From IMG/VR virus record IMGVR_UViG_3300042892_002240, positions 28,495-92,494 of that record: DNA of 64,000 nucleotides. One strand, written 5' to 3'. Below, one piece after another: positions 9,075-19,510 of this stretch (position 1 is the first letter of the stretch; every line of letters begins with the position of its first letter). The notes below the pieces were generated by a model. It saw only the letters and a program-made list of their open reading frames with translations. It did not search any database and was not told the DNA's origin. This DNA is from a virus. Made by a program: the position numbers and the translations under genes.

Positions 9075-10316
9075 ATGACCACCAACGTTTTTGACGGCCC
9101 TTTCTTAGCAGTCCCAGTTTGGGCTGTTGGGGAAATTAGGGATTACGGACAGCCCCGAGATTTACAAGTCTTGCTTGGGTTGGTCGCCCTTATGGAACGC
9201 CGAACCAAAGAAATTGCAGCTTCTGTAATACAGATAGCCGAGTATGTTGGTGTCTCAAAAGAGACCGCAAAACGGTCACTAAAGTGGTTGGCAGACCACA
9301 AAGTAATCACAGTTATCCACAGGCAAAAACCATTAGTAAATGTTTACACACTGCACTACACACCGCCCGTTAAACACGGAGATAGGGTCATGGGTGACCC
9401 TATGATGGGGTCACGAGAGACCCTATATGGGGTCACAGAAGACCCTATGGTGGGGTCACAGGTGACCCTATCTACAACAACAAAAGACCAGCATGATGAA
9501 CCTTTTTCAAATTTCAATATAAAGATACTAAATAGAAGTACTAAAGAGATAGTAAAGAAAGCCGCAAGCGGCACGGAGGGCGAGATGATTTTAGGTTCAG
9601 ATCCAGACGATCCAGTTAGTGGTTTTGAACTTCCCCCAAAGAAAAAAGTACCTAGAAAAACAAATCAGTTTGTTAACCATTTCCTCAGCAACAAACACTC
9701 AATCATGTCTAGCTCACACAGTCCAAAAGATGTAATGATTTTAAGAAAAACGTTTAGCACCTTGATTGACTCAGGTTTAACAGAGTTCACCATCATGCAA
9801 ATGGTCACAAAATTCTTTTCGGTACAACGTTGGCGGGAAGCAGACAACACTGTTTTGTTATTTTGCACCAAAGACATCCAACAGAAATTGATGGAGCAGG
9901 TTGAAACAACAGTAGTTTCAGACAACCCCGTATTGTCCCTGATGATGAATGACTTTGAGCGCCTAGATCTTGATATCCCCTGGCCAGCAGCAATGGACTT
10001 AGTTCTTAAAAAAGTTGTCATTCGTCACGGCATGGATGTTTGCTACAGATATCCTGAAATTGTTGCTGAGTTAATAACCATCCACAACGGTGCGTTTTAC
10101 TCAGATGAATTTAATACTTCTTTGTCTGCGCTAAACTCTCTTATAAGAGTTATATCCGGAGAAGAACAAGAAGACTCAGCGTTGCTTTTAAAAGAAGTTG
10201 CGCACTTGGGTTTACCAGAAGAACTACTTAAACTTTCAAGTTCCAATCTACGTCTACCAGCGGATTCCATTGTTGAAGCGGTCTACAACTACCGAAGGGC
10301 AACCCATGGACGATGA
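9075..10316 (+). CDS. Replication initiator with an N-terminal winged HTH
   Basis: SVIQIAEYVGVSKETAKRSLKWLADHKVI HTH; internal iterons; upstream of the DnaC-like and DnaB genes. Confidence 0.75.
   Translation: MTTNVFDGPFLAVPVWAVGEIRDYGQPRDLQVLLGLVALMERRTKEIAASVIQIAEYVGVSKETAKRSLKWLADHKVITVIHRQKPLVNVYTLHYTPPVKHGDRVMGDPMMGSRETLYGVTEDPMVGSQVTLSTTTKDQHDEPFSNFNIKILNRSTKEIVKKAASGTEGEMILGSDPDDPVSGFELPPKKKVPRKTNQFVNHFLSNKHSIMSSSHSPKDVMILRKTFSTLIDSGLTEFTIMQMVTKFFSVQRWREADNTVLLFCTKDIQQKLMEQVETTVVSDNPVLSLMMNDFERLDLDIPWPAAMDLVLKKVVIRHGMDVCYRYPEIVAELITIHNGAFYSDEFNTSLSALNSLIRVISGEEQEDSALLLKEVAHLGLPEELLKLSSSNLRLPADSIVEAVYNYRRATHGR
9382..9560. promoter_or_regulatory. Putative replication origin: four palindromic iterons plus an AT-rich tract
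   Basis: GGGTCA-N4-WGACCCTAT at 9385, 9408, 9430 and 9453, followed by an AT-rich stretch at about 9500-9560. Confidence 0.75.
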
Positions 10317-10674
10317 CGACGACACCTACCACGAATACACCTTTAACAGCGTAGAAGACATTTTTGTTTTTGTTGAATGGGTAAGGGCCAATTTTGATGA
10401 TGCCGAAGAATACGAAACATGGTTTTTGTACGCGATGGACGATGACATCCCCCCAACAACTTTTTGCACAAGAGGGAAAAAGGTTGAACAACCCCTACAC
10501 TCCTGTGTAGAGTGCAAAGCCCAGTTCCTAACACAAGCCGGGTTAGACGTCCATCAAAAAGTAGTGCACAAGAATAAGAAGAAGATCCAAAAGCAGTTTT
10601 GGGAGATTGTAAACAACTCCTACGAGAACCACCAAGAGGAAACTAATGACAAAGGAATTTCAGACCCCGACTGA
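10306..10674 (+). CDS. Acidic protein with a C2H2 zinc finger
   Basis: CVECKAQFLTQAGLDVHQKVVH = C-x2-C-x12-H-x4-H. Confidence 0.65.
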   Translation: MDDDDDTYHEYTFNSVEDIFVFVEWVRANFDDAEEYETWFLYAMDDDIPPTTFCTRGKKVEQPLHSCVECKAQFLTQAGLDVHQKVVHKNKKKIQKQFWEIVNNSYENHQEETNDKGISDPD

Positions 10675-11233
10675 TTGGAAGTCAGCAGCATGGTGGCGTA
10701 ATCGTTCACCTGAAGAGCGCGTGTTTCACGCAAAGGTTCCACCACGCTTTTACAGCGTTGAAGACATTACGGTTACTTCTAGCGTTAGCAAATGGCTTGC
10801 TAATTACAAACCAGGCGACAGCTTAATTCTTCATGGTAAATCCGGCACTGGCAAAACTACTGTTGCTCAAGCAATTCTTCGTGAGTTAATTTCTTCCCAC
10901 AAGTTGTCAGGCAGGTTTGTAACTTCTGATCGTTACCTTGAGATGCTCAAAGATCAGTTTGATAGCGAGAACGTTCTCCCATCCATGTACTCAAGCCCTT
11001 ACTTGGTTAAGTACATTCAAGGCGTATTTGACATCTTGCTTCTTGACGGGGTTGGCCAAGAAAGGGAAACAGACTTTTCTATCCACGAGATTGGGAGCCT
11101 TATCCGCCGCCGCTACGAAGACATGCGCACAACCATTATCACGACTACGTTAGGCACAACTGATTTCACCCGCAGGTACGGAGAGCGTGTAAAGAGTGCT
11201 GTCATTGACATGCACGAAGAAAAGGTGTCTTAG
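10646..11233 (+). CDS. DnaC/IstB-like AAA+ helicase loader
   Basis: Walker A GKSGTGKT; LLLDGVG Walker B region; IRRRYEDMRTTIITT. Confidence 0.85.
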   Translation: MTKEFQTPTDWKSAAWWRNRSPEERVFHAKVPPRFYSVEDITVTSSVSKWLANYKPGDSLILHGKSGTGKTTVAQAILRELISSHKLSGRFVTSDRYLEMLKDQFDSENVLPSMYSSPYLVKYIQGVFDILLLDGVGQERETDFSIHEIGSLIRRRYEDMRTTIITTTLGTTDFTRRYGERVKSAVIDMHEEKVS

Positions 11234-11234
11234 C

Positions 11235-11678
11235 ATGGAAGGCGGCAACATTTCCCAAAGTGTCCGTTCAGGACAAGCTTGTTTTTTTGAAGACTTACTT
11301 GTTTCCCGCCCCACAGGCGCTTCTTTAATAAAATCAAAATATTACGAAAAAACAGGTGACTGGAAATCTGCGTTAAAACTTTGGAAACCAAATGACCTTC
11401 CTTTAAAGTCTTTAATTGACACAGTTGAAAGGTTGCATGTCTCAACTGAAGTTATAACTTTTTTAAGTCCCGATGCCGTAGAACCTATTTATCAATGGTT
11501 AGTTCGCAAAGGCGTTATGACTAATGTTGAATACTACGAAAGCGTAGAGGACTACAGCGTTGACCTCCGGTATAACCGATCAATAACAACCGTCTATGTA
11601 GCAAAACAAGAAGATGCACTTATACTTGGCCCCCGGTCTACAGTCGTAAGTCCGAACACTCAGTGGGGAAGATTTTAA
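11235..11678 (+). CDS. Hypothetical protein
   Basis: Tightly packed ORF in the replication operon; its stop overlaps the DnaB start. Confidence 0.6.
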   Translation: MEGGNISQSVRSGQACFFEDLLVSRPTGASLIKSKYYEKTGDWKSALKLWKPNDLPLKSLIDTVERLHVSTEVITFLSPDAVEPIYQWLVRKGVMTNVEYYESVEDYSVDLRYNRSITTVYVAKQEDALILGPRSTVVSPNTQWGRF

Positions 11679-12931
11679 TGGCATCCAGCGAGCTCTATCT
11701 AATCTCAAAAGTAATTCACGAAAAAGATGCCTCTGCTCCAGTCAAGGCTGGACTTAAGCCAGATCACTTAACGGGTGAGTGGTCAGACATTTGGCGTTGG
11801 ATTTTAGAGTTCCAACAAACACACGGTTCCGTACCTACGGAACGCGTACTACTACGAGAGTACGGTGGGGTAACACTCCAAGACGTAAAAGATGAGCCAT
11901 TTTCGAGGCTGCTTGATGAAATCTTTGAGGCGTATAGAAAACGCTGTTTGTTGGATGCACTACAACCAGCAATCAACGCCTTAAACGCCGACGATGTAAA
12001 CGCCGCTTTAGCATCCCTTACTTCAGGCATTCAAAAAGCTTCAGTGGAAGCGGCACGCCTACGTGATGTTGACATTATTCAAAACTGGGAAAACCGTATT
12101 AACCGCTACGAAGAGATGCGTTTACAACCAAACGCTTTACGTGGTATTCCTACTGGGTTCTATGGTCTTGACAAAATCACTCACGGACTGCGCCCACAAC
12201 AATTCATTGTGTTTGCTGGAGAACCAAAACGTGGTAAATCTCTATTTGCCTTGATCCTCGCCAACTCAGCGCACGTTCATGGTAAACGCCCGTTGTTTGT
12301 TTCTTTTGAAATGAGCATTGAAGAGCAAGAAGCTCGCTATGACTCTTTGATTGCCAAAGTTCCGTATGACAGGATTTTGTCAGGAGATCTAAATACAAAG
12401 GACATGACCAAGATTCACAAAGCTTTATCTATCCGCAAACACATGCAGCCTTTTGTATTCAGTGAAGACACCGCGTCGTTGACTACAGTCAGTGCATTAG
12501 CAAGCAAGGTGCAGGAGTATTCTCCAGACGTGCTATTTGTTGACGGTGTGTATTTGATGGATGATGAAGAGGGTGAAGCAAAAGGTAGCCCCCAAGCGTT
12601 GACTAACATTACGCGTGCATTAAAGCGTATGGCTCAGCGTTTTGACATCCCTGTTGTTGCTACAACTCAGGTTTTGTCTTGGAAGCTACAGAACCGCAAG
12701 ACTCGTGCAGTTACTGCTGACGCAATTGGGTACACCTCTTCATTTGCTCAAGATGCCGACTTGATTCTTGGTGTAGAGCGCAACCCAGACATTGATGACC
12801 AAGCAATTATTAGAGTTGTCTTAGCTCGTACAGCCCCTACTGGAGAAGTACACGTTAAATGGGATTGGACAACCATGGAGTTTGAGGAGGTTATGGGTGA
12901 TGCAGAAGCAACTGACCCCTCATTTGACTGA
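11678..12931 (+). CDS. dnaB: DnaB-like replicative helicase
   Basis: GIPTGFYGLDKITHGL, AGEPKRGKS, SFEMS, VLFVDGVYLM and QDADLIL motifs. Confidence 0.92.
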   Translation: MASSELYLISKVIHEKDASAPVKAGLKPDHLTGEWSDIWRWILEFQQTHGSVPTERVLLREYGGVTLQDVKDEPFSRLLDEIFEAYRKRCLLDALQPAINALNADDVNAALASLTSGIQKASVEAARLRDVDIIQNWENRINRYEEMRLQPNALRGIPTGFYGLDKITHGLRPQQFIVFAGEPKRGKSLFALILANSAHVHGKRPLFVSFEMSIEEQEARYDSLIAKVPYDRILSGDLNTKDMTKIHKALSIRKHMQPFVFSEDTASLTTVSALASKVQEYSPDVLFVDGVYLMDDEEGEAKGSPQALTNITRALKRMAQRFDIPVVATTQVLSWKLQNRKTRAVTADAIGYTSSFAQDADLILGVERNPDIDDQAIIRVVLARTAPTGEVHVKWDWTTMEFEEVMGDAEATDPSFD

Positions 12932-13820
12932 TCTTAGTGACATTCTAAAAGTCTCAGGGGTAGAAGTACTCCGTGTTAGTGATCGGGAAATAACAGGTAG
13001 GTGCCCAGTCCACGAAAGGGTTACTGGTCACGCAGACAACTCCCCTTCTTGGAGCATGAACGCGTCTACCGGACTTTGGCTTTGCTTTTCATGTGGAGCA
13101 CGTGGCACTCTTTCTATGCTCCTTTCCGAATTATCGGGAGAAGCAGGTATATCAGCTCAACAGTTTTTAATTAACGCTGGCATGCAGCGGCTTACTAGCT
13201 CAGACGCGTCTACTTACCAAGTCCCACAGAAACTAGATACTGAAGCTTTTTTTAAGTTTGAAAGAGTCTCCGATAAGCATTGCTTTTCAAAACACCTTGA
13301 TCCCGACATTATCTACCGTTACGGCGTTAGGTGGAACCCAACCAACAAGTCATGGTGCATACCCATTATTTCAAGCATGGGTAGCCTCATGGGGTGGCAA
13401 GAAAAACGACCGGGTTGGGTACGTAACTTTCCTGTTGGCATTGAAAAGTCCAAGACCTTATTTGGTGTAGAACGTTTCAGGAGCAAGACTTCGGTCCTTG
13501 TTGAATCTCCATTAGACGTAATTCGTTTTGCCATGGTGTTTTCTAAACCCCAAGCTGTCGCATCCTTTGGTGCTCAAGTTTCAAAAAGCCAAATGGACCT
13601 GCTTTTACACATGTCAGACACGATTGTTATAGCCATGGACAATGACGAGGCTGGGATTGAATCCAGCAAACGCCTGTACAAGAACCTCGGGACTCCCCGT
13701 AAGGGTATAAAGTGGTGGAACTACTCCACTACTAGTGCTAAAGATATTGGCGACATGACAGACGACGAAATAGAAACCGGACTACTAACTGCTACCGTTG
13801 TTCCTCCCTGGATTCGGTAA
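12900..13820 (+). CDS. DNA primase (CHC2 zinc finger plus TOPRIM)
   Basis: CPVH...CFSCG zinc finger; LVESPLD; AMDNDEAG; KDIGD. Confidence 0.9.
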   Translation: MQKQLTPHLTDLSDILKVSGVEVLRVSDREITGRCPVHERVTGHADNSPSWSMNASTGLWLCFSCGARGTLSMLLSELSGEAGISAQQFLINAGMQRLTSSDASTYQVPQKLDTEAFFKFERVSDKHCFSKHLDPDIIYRYGVRWNPTNKSWCIPIISSMGSLMGWQEKRPGWVRNFPVGIEKSKTLFGVERFRSKTSVLVESPLDVIRFAMVFSKPQAVASFGAQVSKSQMDLLLHMSDTIVIAMDNDEAGIESSKRLYKNLGTPRKGIKWWNYSTTSAKDIGDMTDDEIETGLLTATVVPPWIR

Positions 13821-15367
13821 TGTTTAAAGGAAAGCTTTACCCATATCAAGAAGAGTCGGTAACCAAAATGGTTGACCGTGGGCAAATGCTTTTAGGCCTT
13901 GTAATGGGTGCTGGCAAAACCGTAACTACTATTGCAGCCGTTGAAGAGTTGTTTGTTCTCAATGAGATTGACAAGTGCTTGATCATTGTTCCAGCTTCAT
14001 TAAAATACCAATGGAAACGGGAAATAGAAAGATTTACTGATTCTCGCGTAATAGTCATTGACGGTACACCAAAAGCCCGTGAAAAACTGTGGAGAGTAGC
14101 AATATCAGCAAGATACATTGTTGCCAATCCAGAAAGCCTTACAAAAGATGTTGAACATTTAAACCGGCTAAATGTTCAAGCAGTTGTTGTTGACGAAGCA
14201 ACCATTATTAAATCAAGGGTAAGCAAAAGATCTAAGTTAATTAAACGCATTGGCAAAAAAGTTAACTACCGGTTTGCCCTAACAGGGCAGCCAATTGAAA
14301 ACCGGCCAGAAGAGTTGTTTTCAATTATGGAATTTGTTGACCCAAGCATCCTGGGTAAGTTTGATTTGTTTGACCGTACTTTTATTGTTAGGGACCACTT
14401 TGGTAGACCCACTAGGTACAGGAATTTGGACAGCATGCACGCTTCGTTATCTGAATGTCTAATCCGCAAGACGCGAGAAGACATTGCAGATCAACTTCCA
14501 AAGATTGTTCATCAAACCATTCCAGTTCCCTTTGATGTAAAAGGTGCAATTTTATACAAAGCTATTTCTGCTGACTTATTGCATCAGCTACAACAGGCCA
14601 TGAGTAGCCATGGTGGTTCATTTAGCTTATGGAACCATTACAACGACCCAGAGTCAAATGCTGCGCAAGGCCAAATTATGTCTAGGTTGACAACCTTAAG
14701 AATGCTTTGTGACAACCCAGAATTAGTAAAACATTCTGCCCTTCTATACAGGGACCCATCAAAGCCAGATCAAGGCAGCGCATATGCCGACCTCCTAGAT
14801 AGTAAAGGCATGTTAACCGGGGTATCTGAAACTCCAAAATTGTCTGCTGTTTTAGATTACATTGAAGAAGTTCTGGCTGAAGATCCAATTAACAAAGTTG
14901 TTTTATTTTCTTTCTTTAAAGACAACCTTCGTTACATCCAAAAAGCCACTTCTAAGATAACAAACTCAGTCTTATTCATGGGTGGTATGAACGCCGAAGA
15001 AAAAGACGAAGCTAAGCAGTTATTCTCTAATGACCCCAACACACGCTTGTTCTTATCTTCAGATGCTGGTGGATACGGCGTTGACCTTCCAATGGCCAAC
15101 TACCTTATTTCCTATGACCTTCCTTGGAGCAGCGGAAAGCTTGAACAAAGAGAAGCTCGAATTATTCGTTTGTCATCCACTTTTGATCACGTAACCATTG
15201 CTACATTTGTCATGCAAGGTTCAATTGAAGAACGACAATACGAAATGCTCCAACAGAAACGTTCCATTAGTGAGGCGTTTATTGATGGAAAACATCACGA
15301 CGTACGTGGTGGTTTTGACATTACATTAGGTAGCCTAACAACATTCCTACGAGACTCAAAGGTTTAA
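13820..15367 (+). CDS. SNF2-family helicase
   Basis: MGAGKT, VVDEA, LTGQPIEN, GGYGVDL and QREARIIR motifs. Confidence 0.9.
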   Translation: MFKGKLYPYQEESVTKMVDRGQMLLGLVMGAGKTVTTIAAVEELFVLNEIDKCLIIVPASLKYQWKREIERFTDSRVIVIDGTPKAREKLWRVAISARYIVANPESLTKDVEHLNRLNVQAVVVDEATIIKSRVSKRSKLIKRIGKKVNYRFALTGQPIENRPEELFSIMEFVDPSILGKFDLFDRTFIVRDHFGRPTRYRNLDSMHASLSECLIRKTREDIADQLPKIVHQTIPVPFDVKGAILYKAISADLLHQLQQAMSSHGGSFSLWNHYNDPESNAAQGQIMSRLTTLRMLCDNPELVKHSALLYRDPSKPDQGSAYADLLDSKGMLTGVSETPKLSAVLDYIEEVLAEDPINKVVLFSFFKDNLRYIQKATSKITNSVLFMGGMNAEEKDEAKQLFSNDPNTRLFLSSDAGGYGVDLPMANYLISYDLPWSSGKLEQREARIIRLSSTFDHVTIATFVMQGSIEERQYEMLQQKRSISEAFIDGKHHDVRGGFDITLGSLTTFLRDSKV

Positions 15368-15368
15368 A

Positions 15369-15824
15369 ATGATCAACAAACCAAAACTTCCAGATAGAGA
15401 AGATGCCAACATTCCTACAAAAGAGCTTCTTGGGCGGATTGCTGAGGAGTACAAAAAGGCAAAAGAATTTGCCGAAAGCACCGCTAAGCGTGCCGATGAA
15501 CTAAAGAAAGAACTTGTTCGTCAGGTCTCCCAGTACGGTACCCCAGACGACAAGGGACACAAATGGATGGCCGCCGGCAATATGCAATTAAAGCATGAGC
15601 GTCGTGTTGGTAAAGCCTTTGACCTAGCTTCAGCAATTGATTGGGCAAAACAAACTGGAATTTGGGATGCCGTAAAAGAAATTGTTGAAACAACCAATGA
15701 AGACTTAATCTTGCGGTACTCATGGGAACACCCCGAGCATCAAGACACAGTTGCAAGGTTTTACACAGAACGTGAAACTTGGGCTTTTAAATTAGTTGAT
15801 CAAAAAAGCTACGACGACGAATAA
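15369..15824 (+). CDS. Hypothetical coiled-coil protein
   Basis: 151 aa in the replication operon; loosely resembles 38717..39073. Confidence 0.55.
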   Translation: MINKPKLPDREDANIPTKELLGRIAEEYKKAKEFAESTAKRADELKKELVRQVSQYGTPDDKGHKWMAAGNMQLKHERRVGKAFDLASAIDWAKQTGIWDAVKEIVETTNEDLILRYSWEHPEHQDTVARFYTERETWAFKLVDQKSYDDE

Positions 15825-16267
15825 TGTCAAAAGACCCTCTTGATCTTTTTAACTCCCTTCCGGATTACCCGGGAAAGACGCCGCCTAAAAACAGACAAGA
15901 AACAACAAAAAAGTTTAAGCCCATTGCCGAAGACCGGCTAAATGGGGCAAAGCCAACCATTTTTGTAATTAACGGTGTTGAGCAGCACTTCTTTTTAGTA
16001 GGGGATTTAGCAAAAGCCCTTAATAGGAGACCGGTTACAATCCGGAAGTGGGAACTTAACGGGTGGTTACCAAAAGCAAAGTACCGGACAACTTCTCCCA
16101 AGGGAACACAAATTCCTGGAAAAGTTCAAAAAGGACGTAGGCTTTACTCTTTGAATCAGGTAGAGTTTCTAATTACCGCGTTGTCGCGGTATGAGATAGA
16201 CAACCCAGCTAAGGCCAACTGGGACGGCTTCAGACAACACATCAAAAACGAATGGCCCAACGATTAA
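15824..16267 (+). CDS. MerR-like HTH DNA-binding protein
   Basis: VGDLAKALNRRPVTIRKWELNGWLP...GRRLYS. Confidence 0.8.
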   Translation: MSKDPLDLFNSLPDYPGKTPPKNRQETTKKFKPIAEDRLNGAKPTIFVINGVEQHFFLVGDLAKALNRRPVTIRKWELNGWLPKAKYRTTSPKGTQIPGKVQKGRRLYSLNQVEFLITALSRYEIDNPAKANWDGFRQHIKNEWPND

Positions 16268-16273
16268 GGAAAA

Positions 16274-16984
16274 ATGATGAGCAGATATGATGATGATGAC
16301 GAAGAGACCATGGAAGAAGCACCAGTGCGTGCTACTTCTAACCTCAAGTTAGTAGTAGAGGACAAGGAAGAAGAGCCCGAAGCGGACGAAGCCCCTGCGG
16401 CTAGTTCAATCCGCCGTGGTTGGGGTGCTGCTGAAACAGTCAAGCACGCCGATTCTCCTTTTGCCCAGCGCCTACGAGTTACCGAAGAACCAACAATTGT
16501 TAAATTTGTTGAAGACGAGCCTTACGCTTCTTACCGCCAACACTGGGTAGAGCGTTCGGGGCAGAAGTCATTTACTTGTATTGCCGAGTCGGACCCCAAA
16601 GGGTGCCCACTTTGTGACGCTGGTATGCGCCCCTCAACTCGCTTTGCGTTCAACGTAATTCAAATGACCTCAGATGGTGAACCCACTTTGAAGTCCTACG
16701 AAGTTGGCCCACGAGTTATTGACCAACTTAAGAATTTCCATAACGACCCACGCCAAGGCCCATTGTCCAAGCATTTTTGGGCAGTTAGCCGTTCAGGCAA
16801 GGGTGCCACCTCAGCCACCAATCATCAGTTGGTTAAAGAGCGTGACCTTGAGGAATGGAACATTGACCAGTTAACAACAGAGACCTTTAAGCTTCTTAAG
16901 TCAAAAGCTTACGGTCCTGAGATTATTCAGATTCCTTCACGCAAGGATCTTCAGCAGATCGTTCTTGACGACCTGGATAGCTGA
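16274..16984 (+). CDS. Single-stranded DNA-binding protein (gp32-like, zinc-binding)
   Basis: QHWV...FTC...CPLC...RFAFNV pattern; lies next to the polymerase. Confidence 0.7.
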   Translation: MMSRYDDDDEETMEEAPVRATSNLKLVVEDKEEEPEADEAPAASSIRRGWGAAETVKHADSPFAQRLRVTEEPTIVKFVEDEPYASYRQHWVERSGQKSFTCIAESDPKGCPLCDAGMRPSTRFAFNVIQMTSDGEPTLKSYEVGPRVIDQLKNFHNDPRQGPLSKHFWAVSRSGKGATSATNHQLVKERDLEEWNIDQLTTETFKLLKSKAYGPEIIQIPSRKDLQQIVLDDLDS

Positions 16985-16986
16985 AG

Positions 16987-19074
16987 TTGGAGACAAACTT
17001 GTCTAACGTAGGGGGCTTAACGGCCCCCTACGTTGTCTCTACGATAGAAGAACTACACGACATTGTTGCAGAAGTGACAAGGGTAGGTGCTTTTGCTTTT
17101 GACGTTGAGACCTTTGGTGCCGTAGACAGGCATCCTGACGTTTTAAAACATATTGAAAAAGAATGGCAAAGCCATGTTGCCACCCTTACTACAAAGAATG
17201 ATGACATCCTTGCTAGATCAAGGGACATTGTTTGTGGTCGGTGGAGAAACACCCTTGCTCTTGACCCTATGCGCAATAGCGTGTTTTGGTTGGGTATTGC
17301 TACAGAGGGTAAATCTTGGGCTATCCCTATGGGGCACCCAAATGGTGAAATCATTATTCCCGAAGAACGTGGTGATGGTACAACTATCCCACCGGAGGGC
17401 TACAGGAAATTTACGGCCAGTGGAAAAGAGTCCATGGCTAAGTCAAGGTACTTTAAACCTGCAGTATTCAGCGACCCACCAAGTCAGCTAACTTGCGCAG
17501 AGGTTTTTGAAGTCCTTAAACCTTTGTTCTTTAGCGACATTGTTAAGATTGGCCACAACGTAAAGTTTGACGCACGGTCTGTCAGAAAATACTTTGACGG
17601 TGAATTGCCCGCAGAGCCTTTCTTAGACACAATGATTATGCAGCACATAGTCAATGAGAACCTTTCTGAGTACAGCTTGACCCATATCATCTCTCATAAC
17701 TTTGAGGGGCACAACGCTTATCATGCAGATGGGAAGCTTGGCGCAATCATTATGGATGTGCCATTTTCAAAAGCCACAAAGTATGTGCACCTGGATGTTC
17801 GTTGGACATGGTTGCTTTACAAGACACTATGGCGCAAGATCTCTTCTGTACCTGAGCTACTCTCCTGCCTAAGGCAAGATATGCGAGTGCTCCATGTACT
17901 AATGGAGATGGAAGACACTGGGATTCCTGTTAATCACAGAGCAATGGTTGCTCTTGGAAAGCAACTAGAAATACGCCTTAGTGAGCTTCTGCTTGGCATG
18001 ATGGACTACGCCCCTCCTGGTTTCAACCCGGATAGCGTTAAACACAAACAACAATTACTGTTTAACAAGAAGCGTGAGGGTGGGTTAGGTCTAAAGCCAA
18101 CCAAGACAACCCCTAAGGGTACTGCTTCAGTAGATGAGGAAAGTCTTCACAATCTTGAAAGCAAACATCCAATTGTTCCAATGATGATTGAGTGGTCTGA
18201 AACTAAAAAGCTCGTGTCAACTTACGTTGACGGGTTGCTCCCCAAACTTCATCACGGTGGGCTTCACCCCTCTTTTCACTTGCACAGAACCGCAACTGGA
18301 AGATTGTCTTCAAGCAACCCTAATCTTCAAAACATTCCACGAGAGAGCAGCGTACGAAGCCTGTTTGTTGCCCCCGAGGGTTACCAACTACTTGTTGCTG
18401 ACTACGACCAAATTGAGCTTCGTGTTATGTGCATGTTTTCTCATGATCCCAAAATGAGCGAATTCTTCTTGACGGGATCGGACATCCACTCGGGTGCTGC
18501 GGCGCTGGTCCTAGGCAAGCCAATAGAGGAAGTTACCTCAGAAGAGAGGCAGCTTGGCAAAGGCGTCAACTTCCTGACTGCCTACGGTGGGGGGTCACAG
18601 AAGCTAGCCAGGACTACTGGTATTGACGAAGAACATGCCCGATTTGTGATTGATCAGTATTACAGACAGTTCTCTGGCATTACAAAATGGAAGCAAGATG
18701 TCATTGCAGAGGGTAGGCGCAAGGGTTATGTGCAGACAATTTCTGGCCGTAGACGCCATTTGCCTGACCTATCTGCATCAGACAACACTTTACGCTCCCG
18801 TGCAGAACGACAAGCGGTAAATGCAGTTGTTCAAGGTTCTGCAGCAGACATTTGCAAAAAAGCAATGATTGATGTGTATGATGACCTAACACCAAAAGGG
18901 GCAAAAATGCTTGTGCAAGTACACGACGAATTAGTTGTACTCGTAAAGGATTCAGACGTAGATGAGTTTATGCCCTTGCTTATGTCATCAATGGGTGATG
19001 GGGTCGTTTACGAAGGTATACCATTAAAGGTATCGTGTGACTCAGCAGGTAGTTGGTCTGAGGCGAAAGGTTAG
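16987..19074 (+). CDS. polA: Family A DNA polymerase with 3'-5' exonuclease domain
   Basis: FDVET, GHNVKFD, TATGRLSSSNPNLQNIP, ADYDQIELR, KGVNF...YG, VVQGSAAD and QVHDE motifs. Confidence 0.95.
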   Translation: METNLSNVGGLTAPYVVSTIEELHDIVAEVTRVGAFAFDVETFGAVDRHPDVLKHIEKEWQSHVATLTTKNDDILARSRDIVCGRWRNTLALDPMRNSVFWLGIATEGKSWAIPMGHPNGEIIIPEERGDGTTIPPEGYRKFTASGKESMAKSRYFKPAVFSDPPSQLTCAEVFEVLKPLFFSDIVKIGHNVKFDARSVRKYFDGELPAEPFLDTMIMQHIVNENLSEYSLTHIISHNFEGHNAYHADGKLGAIIMDVPFSKATKYVHLDVRWTWLLYKTLWRKISSVPELLSCLRQDMRVLHVLMEMEDTGIPVNHRAMVALGKQLEIRLSELLLGMMDYAPPGFNPDSVKHKQQLLFNKKREGGLGLKPTKTTPKGTASVDEESLHNLESKHPIVPMMIEWSETKKLVSTYVDGLLPKLHHGGLHPSFHLHRTATGRLSSSNPNLQNIPRESSVRSLFVAPEGYQLLVADYDQIELRVMCMFSHDPKMSEFFLTGSDIHSGAAALVLGKPIEEVTSEERQLGKGVNFLTAYGGGSQKLARTTGIDEEHARFVIDQYYRQFSGITKWKQDVIAEGRRKGYVQTISGRRRHLPDLSASDNTLRSRAERQAVNAVVQGSAADICKKAMIDVYDDLTPKGAKMLVQVHDELVVLVKDSDVDEFMPLLMSSMGDGVVYEGIPLKVSCDSAGSWSEAKG

Positions 19075-19078
19075 CACT

Positions 19079-19510
19079 ATGGCAATGAGCCCAATAGACA
19101 AACGCAATTTTTACTTATCCCTATCTATTATGGAAGGACAAAAGATTGCTTCAAACGCAGGGTTTGCTGTTCCTTCTGCAGAAGTGCAGGAAAGCGAAAT
19201 AGTAGACACTATTAGTAAATGGGTCATCCTTACAGGTTTAGGCATTTTTGACAATGTAAAACAATGCTCTGATTGGATGCTAGAAGTTGTTAAAGTGCAC
19301 AATGATTTAGATGACGACGAATTAGAAAGCACCCAAAACGTGTTGATGTCCTTTGGTATGTCTTTAATATCCCACCTGGTAGACAATGAATTACTTGAAC
19401 TTCCAGAAACCACGCATGCCCCAGTTTCAGAATTAAACAGAGAAGCATTACTAAACTTATTGTCGTTTAGAACCGACAGTGAAGATGATGAGGAGGAAGA
19501 CGATGAGTGA
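19079..19510 (+). CDS. Hypothetical protein
   Basis: ORF within the operon, with an acidic tail. Confidence 0.6.
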   Translation: MAMSPIDKRNFYLSLSIMEGQKIASNAGFAVPSAEVQESEIVDTISKWVILTGLGIFDNVKQCSDWMLEVVKVHNDLDDDELESTQNVLMSFGMSLISHLVDNELLELPETTHAPVSELNREALLNLLSFRTDSEDDEEEDDE

